DNA from: Glaucostegus cemiculus
Lineage: Eukaryota
Assembly: GCA_976551045.1 (NCBI GenBank)
Contig: CDPCPM010000133.1
Coordinates: forward strand, 1,054,001 to 1,118,000
DNA length: 64,000 nt
Reading direction: 5' to 3'
A program made the position numbers and the translations under genes. Positions 48,201 to 60,200 of the stretch are shown here, piece by piece. The notes beneath the pieces were generated by a model that searched no databases, had not been told where the DNA came from, and was given only the letters and a program-made list of their open reading frames with translations. The first letter of the stretch is position 1. Every line of letters starts with the position of its first letter.

Positions 48201-51200
48201 TGCTCCAACCCAGGTCCGAGGTGATCTTGTTTTTGCTTTTGGGTTGGAACCTGACACATAGTCAGATCCCATTGGTCTTGGGTGGGGTGGCAGGTGGATG
48301 GGAGGGGGTTGTTGATTTTTGGATTGGGGGTGGGGGGAAATGATCCTCATTCCCAGCACATACATCATGTGCATTTCATCCAAGAGCTGAGGAGGGGGTT
48401 ACTTTGGTGATCAAACCTTTTTCCATTGCCTCAAGAAGCTGGATTGGGCCCAGGTCTCCCTTATCTTGGAGAGGAGCAAAGAGCTGGTCCCTCCAGGGGG
48501 TGTGCTGTGTTTCTATCCACCTTCTAGTGATTGTTCCCCACCAGTTAATTCTGGATTAAGGAGCTTGGCTGCATTGGTTGCCCCTGCCCCTATGATTGAG
48601 TCACAGTGTCTAAGCAACCTCAACCTTTTTAGTGGTTTATCATTCGGCTCTCTCCTTGACAGGCTTTGGTATACTGACAGATGTATATAACAATTGAATT
48701 CTAAATTCATATGGAGTCAGCCAATTCCAATTTGAGCTCACTTTTATATCTGAATAGTTGGGTCATATCAAACTTGGTTCAGGTAACCAGGCCCGAACAA
48801 CAAAAAGAATTGTTGTAGTTCACTAATTTAATACTAAGGAATGGGCTACAGGCTTGAATTCAATCAAAGGAATTGTGTGGTTATTGCATAGAATAACAGA
48901 TGTCCTGGTATGAATCAAGTTGAGTTTGGGTGGATTATATACAGAATAACTGGCCAGTCAGTCAGCACTTGTGGTTCAGGCTATCAATAGATTTGAACCC
49001 TAAGGTTAAATTATAACTTTTAATTGAGTTGCTAGTTTCTATGCATATTATTGTTGCATGCAAATATTTTGCTTTTAATTTTGCACATTCCAAAATGGTG
49101 CTAACTGTGGTTCACCATCTTATCCTTAACTGCCTGTTACTACAGATGAAGACACAAAATACATACCAGAGATATTGGGGAATTGGGGGTTTAAAGAAAG
49201 TGAGGAACTTAAAAGAATAAACACTAGTAAAGAAGAAGTACAGAAGCTAAATACTGATAAATCTCCTTTAATGGGACTCTGGAATAATTCCTGTAGCTGT
49301 AACACTATTTACTCAAAGGAGGAAGAGCAGATGGGGAACTGCAGACCAATTAGCCTGATACCAGTTGTTGGGAAAATCCATTTTTAAGGTAGCGATAAAG
49401 GTACTTCAAAAACAAAATCTAGTCATTGGGCATAGCCAACGTGAATTTTTGGATTGAAACTGGCATGACCTAGATCCTTGACTTCCTTATCGGGAGACCA
49501 CAGTCAATGTGAGTCGGTAGTAACATCCCCTCCTCACTGACCATCAACACCTGAAGGACATGTGCTTAGCCCACTGCTCTACTCTCCCTACACTCATGAC
49601 TGTGTGGCTAAGCACAGCTCAAACACCATTTATAAATTTGCCAATCAACTCAAATGTTTCAGGAACAGCTTCTTCACCTCAGCCATCAAATTTCTGAACA
49701 GTCCGTGAACCCACTAACACTGCCTCGTTATTCCTCTTTTGCACTATTTATTTACGTAAGTTCTAGTAAATTTTGTCTGTCTTGCACTGTACTGCTGCTG
49801 CAAACAACAAATTTCACGACATATGTTAGTAATAATAAACCTGATTCTGCTGTATTAAAGATGTAAAGTAGAAGAGTAGGTAAAGGGAAAGCTCTGGAGT
49901 TACCATATTTGAATTTTCTAGGAAAAGTTTTTTTCAAGAAAAGGGTGATAATGTATGGATGGAAAATTAACTGAAGTTCAGAAATGAGAGGAAAAATAAA
50001 TAGGTGGGTAATCTCATTGAAATAGAAATCAGGGTGCTTGACAGGATGGAAACTGAGAAGCTGTTTCCTTTTGCTAGAGTAGAAGGGAGCATAATATCTG
50101 GAAAAGTCTAGGAAATGAGAAAATTCTTTACTATTCCAGGGAGTTAAGGATACTCGGTAATTGAATACATTCTGGGTTCACATTGCAGAATTTTAGACCC
50201 TTAGTGGAATAAACAATATAGGGATGATGCCAGAAAATACAGTTGGGTTGGGACTTCACCATTATCGCATCGAATTGTGGAGCCACTGTTTCTCATAATA
50301 TGTTTTTTTTGACAGAGCTTGGACTATGATAAGTGCATCAATGAACCATACCTGGAGGTGCTGGAAACACTTGATAACAAGGTGTGCAAAGCTACTACTG
50401 TTAAACCTCATCACTATTATGTTCTCAGAAGCAAGTATGGTTGGAAAGTAAATGCTGGCCTTGCCAGTGACAGCCATGTCCTAGAAAAATAATAAAAAGA
50501 CTGACTCTCTAAATGGAGAAGGTTTCTATTCCTATTGGGGACTTAGGAGCTTATAAAACGAAAACAATGACAAAATACAGGTTGAAATAACTTGAAGGAT
50601 CATAAGACTTTCATCAATATTTTTAATTTTTACATTCACTTAACAGAACTTTCATTTTTTTCTGATCTCTGTTTAAACCTGGTGAACATTATCAGGCTTA
50701 TTGCTTGTTAGCCTATCTTTGAAATTTTTCTTAGCTGTTGAAAATCTTATGAGTGCCCTAAGTGGCATAAAATTTTTTCAAGCTTTCAGATGACCCCACG
50801 GGAGGTCAATGGTAATGGCATTGATTGTCAAGGGTATATGTGAAGACACTCTTGTGGTGATGGTCGTTGCCTACGGAGCACTCATGATTTTCTGAATTCT
50901 GTTTAATCATTCAAGCCCCCTCCATCCAGAAATGTCAGTACAGAATCTAAGCTGATACTCTGGTATCAAGGAAATGTTTAAGGTGGAATTACTTGAATGA
51001 GATGTTAAATCCAAGCCCCTTGCACCTGAAATGAACAGCCAATCTCTTCTTGATATCTCAAAGAAGATCAGGAAAATTGTCCTGGTTTGGTTGATATTTA
51101 CCACCAAATAACCATTGAGGATGATAATATGGTTATTTATTGTGTGAGATCTTTCTGAGAATATTGTTTGCAGTTTTCCTTGCACCACACTGACTGTGAA

Positions 51201-54200
51201 ACAGCCAAAGCATCCTGAAGTTGTGAATGGTGCTTTATGAATTGATATTTGTGTTTACTGCACCTGTAATTGCATGGATTGCAATAATTTTTTTTTAAAA
51301 ATCACTCATGCGAAACATTGATTTGCTCTCTTTTTCTCAGTAGCACCAATTTCTGCAATCCATTTATAAATTTTAGGAAGATCCTAAAAAATGGTATTTC
51401 ACAATAACAATCAACTTTGTCCACAGAATAATCTTTTGTTGGTTTTTTGATTCCTTCCAATAAAACTTTAATTGGAAGGCACTTCCTCTCACAGTGACTT
51501 GAATTTGGATGCTCTTTCAGCCTGTGTCTGTGAGTTGCATTTGGAGTGTGCAATTTGATGTGAATGCAAGGCATGTAATTTCCCAGGGTGCATCCAGTCA
51601 ATCGTGTTAATGAAATATTTATAAACTAGAAACAGGATTCCTCATTGATTGGTGGAGCAAGGTTAATTATATCATTGCAGATCTATAACACAACCCATTT
51701 GCAAGTTTTGATTCTTTATCTTTTATGTCTTAAGAAAAACTGCTTATTGACTCCACCTCTTGTCTTTCAACCACCCACCCTCAAATACAAAGAAGGACAG
51801 TAGCTTATTGGTGGAAGAGAAATGCAGATTTCCATTATTCTTATTGTGTAGAAATGCTTTCTAACATCATTGCTTTAATATTATGATTGAATTAAATATT
51901 ATCAAATTGTAAATAAACGGAAGTTTTTTAAAAAAAAAGTTGGAAGCACTCAAGAAGTCTATTAGCACCTGCGGTGAGCAAACAGCTGCCATTCCAGATG
52001 TGGAGCCTTCGAGTAACACCGGAACTGTTTCATTTTCTGTATTTGCGGACTCATCTGAGTGTTCAGCATTAGCACAGATCAACCGTTCTACACCTCTTTT
52101 CCATTGTTAATTCCAGTTTGTTTGCTCAGATTTCTGTGTGTATATATGTTTCTTTGTTTTAATCTGATCTCTGTGTGTGTTATCTTTGTTTCATTTGAAC
52201 AGAGAGTCAGGAGATACGAGGCGGTGAAATGGATCCTGGTATTTTGTATTGGAGTCTGCACTGGTTTGGTGAGTGAGTTCTTGATCAGTGTGTTGGTGTG
52301 TGTTTAGTATAACAAAAGAAAGCCTATCAATGACAGCTTCAGGGGCTGCTCCTGAGATTTCAGTGTTACTGCTGAACAGGGTATCATGCCTTCCCATTTG
52401 TGGTCAACTGATTAACCCTTGGTATCAAAGGGCAAAGGTCAGTGAGTATTGGGCTGCTAATCCTTGGTAATTCTCACATTAATTAGCCTTGACCTTCCAC
52501 CTTTTCTCAACTGTTAACCTTTGAGTTGCTGTAACCCCAGTTGTCCTGGAGTAATTCATCTGTCAGTTTGGAGGTTAGTGTTATTCCTCCCTAGAGAGCG
52601 TAGAATTTCATAGTGTTTTATTGTCTCTACAGGTTACTGGTTAATTGTTTAAAATTGTATATTCTTGTCCCTGTTTTAAATCTTACTTCTCCATCTTTGC
52701 AACCTTCTCTAGCACTGTGGTAGCTCCATCAACTTGGTATCTTTCTTCCTCTATTGTAATTGCTCTGACAATGATGATGGTACTTCCAACTAGAAGTAAC
52801 TCCCTAAATAACCCTCACTGGTACACACCCAGTCCTAGATCAGCCTTTCTACTTTTCTAAGAACATAATAAATAGGAGAAGGATGAATGATGGAGCAAGT
52901 ACAAGATCTTGGTTGATCTTCTACCACAACAATTTTTCCTGGAGTATCCCTGTATACCTGGATTTCCTTTGTCATCCAGAAATCTTTTGATGTCAATTTT
53001 GAATGAACCCAAACCTCCACAGCCTTGAGGTAGTAAATTCCAGATACTCACCACCCTCTGAATGAAGAAATTTCTCCTCATCTCTGTCTTAAACAGTCTA
53101 TACCTCCATTTGAAATTCTTACCCCTGGTTCTGGACTCCACAGCCAGAGGAAACATCCTTCCTGCACCTAGCCTGTCAAAGTCAGTCTTTGTTGAATTTC
53201 TTGTTTGGTCAGTACTCCCTTTCTTGGGACCAAAACACCACACATTATTCCAAATGTGGTGTCACATTTTCCTTGATACAGTTGCAGTAAGACTCCCAAA
53301 ATTGGTTATCGGAGAGAAAGTGAAGCATGGGAATAAACAGGTCCTTCAGGTTGGCAGGCCATTACTTGTGAGGTACAATAGGTACTTGGGCCCCAGCCAT
53401 TCACAATCTAAATCAACAATTTTTGGCAAGGGAACAAATGTTATATTTCCAAGTGTGCTGACTATACTAAACTAGGTGGGATTGCTAGGTTAGTATATTA
53501 CCTCCAATTCGATGTGCTCTAACCTTTTTGACCATCCTCTTACCTGGGACTTCATCAAAAGCCATCCTGAAATCCAAATAAATACACCACATCCACTGAT
53601 TTTTCCCCCCCTTATCCATTCAGTTGTGGTTTATTCAAATCCATTAATAATAAAAGTTTTCATGCCATTTATCTTCCTAATCACTCATTGTACCTGTATG
53701 TTGATTTTCAGTGATTTCCAGGTTCCTTTGAATGTCTTTCACTTAAAAAAATAATATATTTTGCTTTCGTTATCTGATCTAAAATGGATGACTTGATATT
53801 TTCAACATTATATTCTCACTCACTCAGCTTGTCCAAATCCCCTTGAAGCCTCTTCTTCGTACTTACAATTCCATATAGTTGCCGAACTTGGAAGCATTTG
53901 GTCCCTGTGCCAAAAATCATTGATGCAGATCGTTAATTAGCTGAGGCTCAAAGACTAATCCATGTAGTACCCCATTAACAGCCTGCCAACCTGTTTATTA
54001 CCACGCTGTGCTATATGTCCAATAACAAATTCTTAATGCATGTCAGTATGTTACCCCAACACCCCCCACCACACTGATTCCACATGTTCTAAACATGTTG
54101 GCCATCCTTATTGAAAGCGTTCCAGAGTCAAATACGCCACATCCATTGATTATTTTTTTTAAATATCCTCTTCATCTATTCAACTGGTCACATCCTCAAA

Positions 54201-57200
54201 GAGCTCCAACAGATTAGTTGAACGTGATTTTCATTTTATTAGTCTATGCTGACTCTCCTATTATTTGTTCTGTATCGCATCCTTCGTTATAGATTCCAGC
54301 ATTATTCCTGCTATTAACATTAGATGATCTGGAAGACTGCTTTTCTAACTTTACTTGCACCCTCCCCAACAGCACTAGCAAGTGTCCTGCTGATGTGCAA
54401 CCCCATGGACTGGTTTAGGTCCCACCTGTCACAAAAATGATTCCACTCCTTCAGGAATTTAAAGCCCTCCCTCCTACAACATCTTTCCAGCCACATGTTT
54501 ATTTGCTGTATCCTATTTCTGTACTTGTTAGCATGTGGCACTAGGAGTAATCGTGAGATTACTATCTTTTCTAGCTCCTAAACTCTCCTTTTCAACCTAT
54601 ATCCTCAGTACATATATGGATCACAACTTCTGGCTGTTCACCCAACCCATAAGGATGCTGTGCAGCTGCTCTGTGACACCTTGGCCCTGGCATCAGGGAA
54701 GTAAAATATCACCTGAGGTTGTGTCTATGGCCATAAAAATGCATGTTTGTCTCCCTAACTATTAAATCCTGTATCACTATTGCTGTCTCACTCTTCTTTC
54801 TGTCCTCTCCAGTAGTTGAGCCATTTGTGGTTCCACATTGCTGACTGTAGTCCCCTGATGAATCATCACCCTGAAGAATCTCCCGATGGGAGCCTGCTGT
54901 TCATCTGCCTGGCTGTCACCCATTTGCCCCTCTGCCTCCACACTCTTAAGCTAAAAGTACAATCTGTAAAATACTCGTTGAATGTACCACAGTCAATGAA
55001 GCCGTTGTTCCAACTCCAATATGCAGAGCTTCTGCTGTAGCTGGAGACTCCTACAGAAAGAGGCCATTTGGCCAGTCAGGTCCAGCACATGGGGGGGGGG
55101 GGGTGAAGCTGTCCCATTTCCCCTCCTTGTTTCCTTATCCCTGAAACTTATTTTCTCTTACTTCTGCCCATCAAATCCCCTTTGATTCTTTTTGCCATTA
55201 ACCTACATTGAGGGATAGTTTACCTGAAGCCAATTAACCGACCAGCACATCTTTGGGATGTGGGAGGAAACTGGAAAACCTAGAAGAAACCCACATAGTC
55301 ATGGAAAAAGCTTGGAAGCTATGTGCAAGTGGATATCTAGGACAAGGGAAGCACCCAAGATCTTTCACATGTCACTGGCTGCACAGTCCATTTGCTGAGC
55401 TGACCTGCCATGCTTCAGTAGTAACTTATTAACAAAAAAAATTGTTAGAAAATAGTCACCATCCACCTACTGGACTTGCACTGATGTCTTGTCAAACTGA
55501 ATATCAGTGCTGGCTGAGATTCTTCTAGGGACCCCAGTCACTATCACCCCTGTTCACTATTAAAGCTGTGCATAAACCTCTTATAACTGGCCTGTTTCTC
55601 CAAGATTTTACGAGCTTCTAATACAACTCACTAACAATTTTGCTTTTCATAGTATTCTTGGAAAGTGGCATGAGGTATTTTGGAAAACTGTGTGTGATTT
55701 TTGCCATAATAATATGCCTTTTTATTTAGTGGTTTATTATACTTCCCAGAGTATGTCACAAACTATGAGTTACTTTCAGTCCAGGTGAAGGTGGTGATAC
55801 ACAGCAAGATTCTGTTTAGGGTGATGTGCTGAATGACTAATTTATTGATTTTTGGTGATGTTGGTTGAGAGAAGAATGTTCCCTGGGCCATTAGGGGGAA
55901 TTGTCTGGTATTCTCAGTTGTTGAGTTTGACACTGCATTGGCAAGATGGGACTCCAAATGTGTACATCCCTTATGCATTAACTTTTAGCCTAGATTGTGT
56001 GTTAAAGTGCTGTTACAGAGCTGGAACTGATGATCTGATTCTGACAGGTGTACTGTCAATTAATCCATGCTGATTTAATAGAGAAGTTAACTGGGACAAC
56101 CATAACTGTGTGTTTGGAGACCATCAGTCATCGTACTTCATTACCTTATTTTGAATTACCGTTTCTGTCTTTTTGTTTTAGGTTGGGCTCTTTATTGATT
56201 ACTTTGTTCATCTCTTCCAAAATCTCAAGTTCCAAATTATTGGAAAATGTATCCTTTAACTTGCAGTTGTATCAGGACCTGACAAATGACTGGAGGAGAC
56301 ACTCTGCACATCATATGAACCCACAACAGCATCCACATCCTAAGAATAAATGAATTTAGAAAAATGTGGACCGAGGATGACTTTATTTTATTTTCTACGT
56401 GCCAAATCTGCAAAGAAATGCCCTCTGGTCAGTTGGCCTTGCTGCATTCTTTAAGAGCTGTTTTTTTTTCCAAATCTTTGAGCTACTGGCATGGTAGCGT
56501 AGTGGTTAGCGCGGTGCTATTACAGCGCCAGCGATCGGGGTTCGATTCCCGTTGCTGACTGTAAGGAGTTTGTACATTCTCCCGTGTCTGCATGGGTTTC
56601 CTCCGGGTGCTCCAGTTTCCTCCCACATTTCAAAGACATAAGGGTAGGTTAATTTGGGTTTAAAATGGGCGGCGCGGACTCATTGGGCTGGAAGGGCCTG
56701 TTACCACGCTGTAAATAAAATAAAAAATATATATTCTTATTGCTTTGCATCAGCAGCTTCCCTGCCCTGGTTTCATTGGTGCACTTCAAGGCATTGTGTG
56801 AATCCAGTCTTTGTACAAAGAAACTGTAATCTTGAAAGTGTTTTGAGTGCTGTGTATTTTCCTTGATTTCTCTCCCTCCAGCGGTGGAAGATTGCAGTGA
56901 GGGGGGCTGTCTTGTACTCTCCCTCCTTGAGATTTTGGCATTCAATATTGGTTTCATCTTTTTGGCCAGCCTGCTGGTGCTGATTGAGGTACAAAATTGC
57001 AAGCATGTTACTATCGCACTTGGCTTAATGCTTTCTATCAGAAATGGTATTGGTTTATTATTGTCACTTGTACTGAGGCACAGTGAAAAGCTTGTCTTAC
57101 AAACTGATCGTAGAGGTCAATTCATTACACAGTGCAGTTACATTGGGTTAGTACAGAGTGCATTGATGTAGTACAGATAAAAACAATAACAGTACAGAGT

Positions 57201-60200
57201 AAAGTGTCACAGCTACAGAAAGTGCAGTGCAATAAGGTGCAAGGTCACAACAAGGTAGATTGTGAGGCTATAGTCCATCTCATTGTATAAGGAAACCGTT
57301 CAATAGTCTTATCACAGGGGGGTAGAAGCTGTCTTTAAAATGAAACTGTTAAACAGTATAAGGCAGCCACAACATTTGATGTTTCATGTCCAGTGAACAC
57401 TACATTGCTTACTTTCTGTTGCTCGCCCTACACAATGCTCATGTCAGTTGTATATCATTTTCCTTCAGAAGAGCTTAAAGGGAGCTTTGTAAGGCAGTCT
57501 GAGCCTTGTCTTTATTGTCTGGCCTTTATTATTTTTGAAAAATCTGTCTGCTTCACAGCCCATTGCAGCTGGATCTGGAATTCCTGAAATCAAATGCTAC
57601 CTAAATGGGGTGAAGATCCCTGGGATTGTGAGGCTGCGGACCCTGGTCTGTAAAGCACTGGGTGTGCTCTTCTGTGTGTCCGGAGGTAAAGAAAATTTAT
57701 TTCTTTCTCTTTTAGATAAAAGCATAGTGAAATGTGCTGAGTCTCAACATGATTACCAACAAACCCATGAAATGAAACATTATAGAATATATGCAGAAGG
57801 TCAATCAGGATCAAGACAAAGATAGCCTGATATTTTGGGTGGAAAGTTCTATTGCAAATAAAATATTCTCTTATTATGTTTGTAAAGCTCTGAGTTGTTA
57901 GTGTTTTAGTAACATTTACAGCTTTATGTACAAACAGCAATATGCTAATCTGCTCTCTTGTAATCTACTTAATTTGGCACTAATAGCTCAGACTTTTACC
58001 AAAGTAAATTATTAAATAGTTCAGGTGGTAAAGTTGTATTTGTTCAGGAATTACCCTGTGACTCAGTGATGTGTATTAAACAGTCTCCTATGTTAATCAA
58101 TTGCATTCTGGATGGGTTTCAACTTGCCTGTCTATAAAGCAAATATTATGTGCTTAGTAAGTTGGTTATTTAATTTTAATGGCACTCTATACAAATAACA
58201 AGAGGATTGTTAATGGCGATATGGTGAGCTGTGACGGTATGGTTTTACTTTGTTTCTAGTGGGTCATTTACTACTTAATATGAAACATGGAACAGTACAG
58301 CACAGTATGAGCCCACAATATTGTGCCAACCTATATGAGCCTCCTCCATGGTCAATCTAACCCTTCCCTCCTACACAGCCCATAACTTTCTACTTTTCTT
58401 ACATCCATGTGCCTATCTAAGAGTCTTTTAAATGTTGCTATTGTATCAGTCTCTACCACCACCCTCAGCAATGCATTCCAGGCACCCATTACTCTCTGTG
58501 TAATTTTAAAAAAACTACTTCTGACATCTCGTCTAAACTTTTCTACACTCACCTTAAACAGATGTCCTCCAGTATTGGCCATTGCTGCACTGGGGGGATA
58601 AAAGTGCTGGCTGTCCACTCTTATCTATGCCTCTCATAATCTTATACACCTCTGTCAAGTCGCCTCTCATCCTCCTATGCTTCAAAGAGAAAAGCCTGAG
58701 CTCGCTCGGCCTTTCCTCGTAAGACATGTTCTCTAATCCAGTCAGCATCCTGGTAAATCTTCTCTGCACCCTCTAAAGCTTCCACATCCTTCCTGTAATG
58801 AGGTGACCAGAATTGAACACAATATTTTAAGTGTGGTCTAACCAGAGTGTTTTAGGACTGCAACATGCCTCATGGCTCTTGAACTTGATCCTTCGACTAA
58901 TGAAGGCCAGCACACCATGTGCCGCCTTTACCACCCTATCAACTTGCGCAGCAACTTTGAGGGATCTGTGGACTTGGATCTCAAAATCCCTCTGCTCCTC
59001 TACACTGCCAAGAATAATGCCATTAACCTTGTACTCTGCCTTTAAGTTCAACCTTCCAAAGTGTATCACTTCATTCTTTTCTGGATTGAACTCCATCTGC
59101 CACTTCTTCACTCAGCTCTACATCCATTCTTCTGGTGGGTTGCTCATTTTAAATTGCTAAATTGGTTAACTATTGCCACATGTACTGAGGTACAGTGAAA
59201 AACTTTGTTTTTCATGCCATCCATACAGATCATTTCATCACATCAGTACATTGAGGTAGTACAAGGGAAAAACAACAATGCAGAATAGTGTTACAGTTAC
59301 AGAGAAAGTGCAGGCAGACAATAAGGTGCAAGGCCATAACTAGGTGGATTGTGAGGTCAAGAATCCATTTTTATCAATCTAGGGGACCATTTCAATATAG
59401 AAGCTGTCCTTGATCCTGGTGGTAGGTGCTTTCAAGCTTTTGTATCTTCTACCTGTTGGTGGGGGGAGAGTTGGAGAGAGAAATATAGGGTGAATGGGGT
59501 CTTTGATTATATTGGCTGCTTTATGGAGGCAGTGAGAAGCGTAGACAAAGTCTATAGAGAGGCGCTGGTTTTCGTGATGTGCTGAGCTGTGTCCACAGCT
59601 CTCTGCAGTTTCAGGCAGAGCAGTTGCCATACCAAGCTGTGATGTATCTGGATAAGATGCTTTCTATGGTCTATCTATAAAAATTGGTGAGGGTCAAAGG
59701 GGATATGCCAAATTTCTTTAGCCTTCTGAGGAAGTAGAACTGGTGCACTTTCATGTGCCTTGAGTTAGCTGAAGAGCAAATCATCTTCATACTGAAGTGC
59801 ATTTTAATTTATGCCATTGTTTATATTAAAAAAATTGATAATAGATTGCTTCATTGGTGACTATCTCTGACAGCACATTTCTTTTACTGGATCTGGGAGT
59901 TCTGTAGAAATAGGATTTTGTATTTTTCCCAGGTTTTCTAGTACGAGAAGACATTGTCATCTTCTGTGGTTTGAGTTGATTCATTTTTGGTGTGAATGCT
60001 TTCTTGTTAGCGCATACAGCTTTTACCCATTTGGTTCACTTGCTTGGTCCTCCTGGAAGTCCTGGGTGCTGCCTGTATAAACTGACAGGTTACTTTGCTT
60101 TCCAGGTTTATTTGTGGGGAAGGAGGGCCCAATGATTCACAGTGGAGCAGTGGTGGGAGCAGGGTTGCCTCAGGTAAGTAAGCAAAGCTACCTCTCGCAT

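Noticed and set aside
56488-56560. tRNA gene
   Set aside because: A/B boxes are present but run into a V domain and LINE-like tail, so this is a SINE head and not a tRNA
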